Positions 61,893 through 64,000 of a stretch of 64,000 nt of DNA are shown in pieces (position 1 is the stretch's first letter; every line of letters begins with the position of its first letter). Made by a program: the position numbers and the translations under genes. Origin of the DNA: Prochlorococcus sp. AG-409-N21 (lineage in GTDB: Bacteria; Cyanobacteriota; Cyanobacteriia; PCC-6307; Cyanobiaceae); the NCBI GenBank assembly GCA_003215415.1, contig QCKK01000002.1:49914-113913 (forward strand). Direction: 5' to 3'. Under the pieces are notes generated by a model. That model worked only from the letters and a program-made list of their open reading frames with translations. It ran no database searches and was not told the origin of the DNA.

Positions 61893-62876
61893 ATGTTTGT
61901 AATTGGCTGTCACCGATCAGGGACTTCTCTACTAGCAAACATTCTCACTCAAGCACAGGCCAGATGCCAAGATGACGTCAACAATCAAGTCAAACGGGAA
62001 CTACTAAGCCCACAAATTGATAATCCAGGCGGTTTTGCTGAGAGTCAACAGTTAGTTGAAGTGAATGAAAAAATCTTTGATTGGCTCGGAATTGATTGGC
62101 AACGACCGATTTTGCACAAAATAAACTGGCAAGACTCTGATTTATTCCCAAAGTTATTCAATTATAGATATAGCTTGAAATATTATGCATTAAATTTTAA
62201 TTGGATTGATAAAGATCCTCGCTTATGTATTACATACCCTGCTTATATTCACTTATTACTTCGCAGGGTACGAATCGCTGCAATTATTCGTGATCCTATA
62301 GAAGTTTCTAATTCACTTTATGCTAGAGACGGCTTGGCATTCTCCCATGGATTGATGATTTGGTTTCTTTATAATAAACATCTTTCTATACATTTGGCTG
62401 AACAGCAAGATGCCCTTATTTCCTATAATGATCTATTATGTATGAATGAATCCACAACATTAAAGCTATCAGATTTAATTTCTGGAGAGCAAAACAACAA
62501 ATATTATTCAGAGCTTGTAAAAATCCTGGAAAAAAACATTAAGCCTGAATGGAGGCGTTCTGCCAAAAAATTAGAATTAAAATCATTGCATCAAGAAAAT
62601 TCAAATGAAATTGCTCGATATTGCATGAATTGCTACAAAGCTTTAGAAAAGGAGCAGTTCTCTATCTCTAAATATAAAGATATATTTTCACAGATGCCCG
62701 ACATAATGTTAGATGCATATTCAAGATACGCTTGGCGAGCACCAAAAACGAATCCAGAAAATCAATCACAATTAAACAATCTACATGATGATGAAAGATT
62801 GGAAGAATTAAAAAACTCAACCAGCTGGAAGATCACTGCTCCATTAAGGTGGCTGGGCAATAAAATCAAAAATTAG
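61893..62876 (+). CDS. Sulfotransferase family protein
   Basis: 5'-PSB-like GCHRSGTSLL at the N-terminus and 3'-PB-like IIRDPIEVSNSLY. Confidence 0.75.
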   Translation: MFVIGCHRSGTSLLANILTQAQARCQDDVNNQVKRELLSPQIDNPGGFAESQQLVEVNEKIFDWLGIDWQRPILHKINWQDSDLFPKLFNYRYSLKYYALNFNWIDKDPRLCITYPAYIHLLLRRVRIAAIIRDPIEVSNSLYARDGLAFSHGLMIWFLYNKHLSIHLAEQQDALISYNDLLCMNESTTLKLSDLISGEQNNKYYSELVKILEKNIKPEWRRSAKKLELKSLHQENSNEIARYCMNCYKALEKEQFSISKYKDIFSQMPDIMLDAYSRYAWRAPKTNPENQSQLNNLHDDERLEELKNSTSWKITAPLRWLGNKIKN

Positions 62877-62885
62877 GGAATACTT

Positions 62886-63986
62886 ATGCTACAGATTTTA
62901 CGAGAATGGCCTCCAGGTTTTGGCGGAATAGAGCGTGTTGCCCACCAGCTTGGGATCGAATGGGAGGCAAAAGGGAACTCTTGTAGTATATATAGCCTAA
63001 ATAAATCTAAAAATATTAATTACGAGAATGAATCAATCAATATTCCTTATCGAAGAACACACTTGTCAAGTTTAATACTAGGCAAACTAATAATTCCATT
63101 GCCTAGTAGAAAACTAATAGAATTAATTTTCTCAAAAGAATCTATTCACGCTCATCTTCCATGCCCTGGCGTACTGAGTATAATTGTCCTTTCTTTCATA
63201 ATAAATTCAAATCGAAAAATAACAGTTCATTGGCATTCTTTTTTGAAAATAGAACCTTCCATAAAAGGTTTGCTAATTGATATATACCAAAAATGTGCGC
63301 TAAATTGTATCAAACGGATGAGATTAGTTGTCACAACTTCTCCTACATTAATAAAAGAATTAGAGAAAGCTGGTTGCAATAGATCCAATCTACATTTATT
63401 ACCATGTTGCCTAGATGAACGTTACGAAAGGGATGCGTTATCAATTCAATACCGTAAGCCATTAGATTCTCGCCAATTAAGAGTAATCTTTATCGGCAGA
63501 CTTGATAGCTATAAAAGAGTTGATTGGCTTTTTGAATCTCTGACTCATTTAAATATTCCTTGGAAACTTGATGTAATCGGTATTGGACCAGACCTTCAAA
63601 AATTAAAAAGAATTACTGCAAATTATCCAGTAAATTTTCATGGTCCCCTTAACGAAAGGCAAAAGCTTAATCAGTTATCTATCGCTGATTTGCTGGTTTT
63701 ACCTTCAGATCGATGTAACGAGGCATTTGGCATTGTTCAACTGGAAGCAATGGCTTCTGGGATTCCTTCTCTGGCTTTCTCTTGGCCAAGATCGGGCATG
63801 AATTGGGTTTCCAAATTACCTTCACTTAACTGGTCTCATAATCCATCCGAATTAAGTTCAGTTATCAGGAGGATCGCTTCAGATCCTGATTTACTTCTTG
63901 TCCTAGGGAAAGAAGCACGAGATAGATATGAATTGTTTTTTTCACGGGCGATATGGAAAAAGAAATTTAAAAGATTGGTGGAATGA
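62886..63986 (+). CDS. Glycosyltransferase family 4
   Basis: NEAFGIVQLEAMASGIPSLAF is the EX7E region, with GRLDSYKRVD upstream of it. Confidence 0.8.
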   Translation: MLQILREWPPGFGGIERVAHQLGIEWEAKGNSCSIYSLNKSKNINYENESINIPYRRTHLSSLILGKLIIPLPSRKLIELIFSKESIHAHLPCPGVLSIIVLSFIINSNRKITVHWHSFLKIEPSIKGLLIDIYQKCALNCIKRMRLVVTTSPTLIKELEKAGCNRSNLHLLPCCLDERYERDALSIQYRKPLDSRQLRVIFIGRLDSYKRVDWLFESLTHLNIPWKLDVIGIGPDLQKLKRITANYPVNFHGPLNERQKLNQLSIADLLVLPSDRCNEAFGIVQLEAMASGIPSLAFSWPRSGMNWVSKLPSLNWSHNPSELSSVIRRIASDPDLLLVLGKEARDRYELFFSRAIWKKKFKRLVE

Positions 63987-64000
63987 AAATTAACTTTTCA

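Noticed and set aside
63983-64000. A likely start of another gene (ATGAAAATTAACTTTTCA, with the ATG overlapping the GT4 stop as ATGA) at the right edge.
   Set aside because: Only 6 codons are visible, so neither a CDS nor a function can be supported.

Overview
The window looks like a chromosomal segment from an AT-rich marine picocyanobacterium, probably Prochlorococcus-like. Supporting evidence is psbZ, a ycf23-like gene, a long four-ACT aspartate kinase, RNase J, and the gene order dnaX-clpX-clpP-tig / asd-dapA-rnj. Positions 1 to about 20.6 kb are conserved housekeeping genes: dnaX, clpX, clpP, tig, asd, dapA, rnj, tilS, uvrB, lysC, holA, cobH, mutS, psbZ and ribH. A tRNA-Gly(GCC) at 20667..20738 marks the start of a cell-surface glycan island of more than 43 kb that runs off the right edge. 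The island contains dTDP-L-rhamnose genes (rfbA-C-D-B), a complete Kdo pathway (kdsD/kpsF, kdsC, kdsB, kdsA), SAM methyltransferases, and a type I secretion pair (HlyD-family adaptor plus an ABC exporter with N-terminal cNMP-binding-like and C39-like domains). It also holds a legionaminic-acid-type nonulosonic acid (NulO) pathway with an acetamidino module (PP-loop amidotransferase plus a fused HisF-HisH), at least seven glycosyltransferases, two TPR proteins, a sialidase-fold (BNR) protein, an alkaline-phosphatase-superfamily protein and two to three sulfotransferases. One Cys-free GxGND-repeat (RTX-like) protein carries high-expression codon bias and a strong terminator. I saw no transposase, integrase, CRISPR array or rRNA. 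Main hypothesis, by inference: the island is an integrated system that makes, decorates and exports a surface protein. The RTX-like protein would be glycosylated in the cytoplasm (legionaminic-acid-type sugar, possibly sulfated) and exported by the co-transcribed T1SS, by analogy to SwmA of motile marine Synechococcus and to flagellin NulO-glycosylation. All family calls come from motifs read by eye in the translations; no database search was run.
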